Shown here: piece by piece, positions 63,715-64,000 of the stretch
Numbering within the stretch: the first letter of the stretch is position 1
Layout of the letters: every line of letters starts with the position of its first letter
DNA from: Mobula hypostoma
Taxonomy: Eukaryota
DNA length: 64,000 bases
NCBI RefSeq assembly: GCF_963921235.1
Contig: NC_086107.1
Coordinates: 105,278,001-105,342,000, forward strand
Direction: 5' to 3'
Notes under the pieces: model-generated
The model's database searches: none
Told to the model about the DNA's origin: nothing
What the model saw: the letters and a program-made list of their open reading frames with translations, nothing else
Translations under genes and position numbers: made by a program

Positions 63715-64000
63715 ACCATAAGATATAGGAGCAGGATTAGGCCTTTTGGCCCCGGCATTTTGTCATGGCTGATCCATTTTCCTTCTCAGCCCCAATCTCC
63801 CGTCTCCTCCCCCAATCCCTCATGCTCTGACTAATTGAGAATTGATGACCCTCTGCTTTAAAATACATCCGATGACTTGTTCTCCACAGCCACCTCTAGC
63901 AATGAATTCTACAGATTCACCACTCTCTGGCTAAAGAAATTCCTCTTCATCTTCATTCTAAAAGGACACCCCTCTATTTGGAGCCTGTGTCTTCTGGTCT
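63715..64000 (-). mobile_element. CR1 3' fragment (runs off the window)
   Basis: Reverse complement matches FFSQRVVNL and the CR1 3' end. Confidence 0.7.

Overview
Eukaryotic, repeat-rich vertebrate DNA. The mix of CR1, V-SINE-like, Penelope/Neptune and Rex1 repeats suggests a cartilaginous fish, probably a ray (inference only). The one host gene I can support is the 3' part of a CNOT3 (CCR4-NOT subunit 3) or CNOT3-like gene on the + strand. It has nine phase-compatible GT-AG coding exons from 2108 to the stop at 39529 (1236 nt, 411 aa plus stop, ending in the NOT-box) and an AATAAA at 39813. Its introns and the 24 kb downstream are filled with often nested transposons: CR1, Rex1/Babar, L1/Tx1, RTE-derived elements, V-SINE-like SINEs, Penelope-like elements, a TSD-bounded hAT/Buster element, two PIF/Harbinger deletion derivatives and Tc1/mariner derivatives. 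The most notable signal is in the Penelope-like terminal repeats, which carry minimal type I hammerhead ribozyme motifs (stem I-CUGANGA-stem II-GAAA-C-GUC-stem I'). The window also holds at least four ~180-230 bp fold-back elements built from these termini, each with its own 10-16 bp target-site duplication and an inversion junction at the hammerhead. Most short ORFs in the supplied track are TE fragments or noise.
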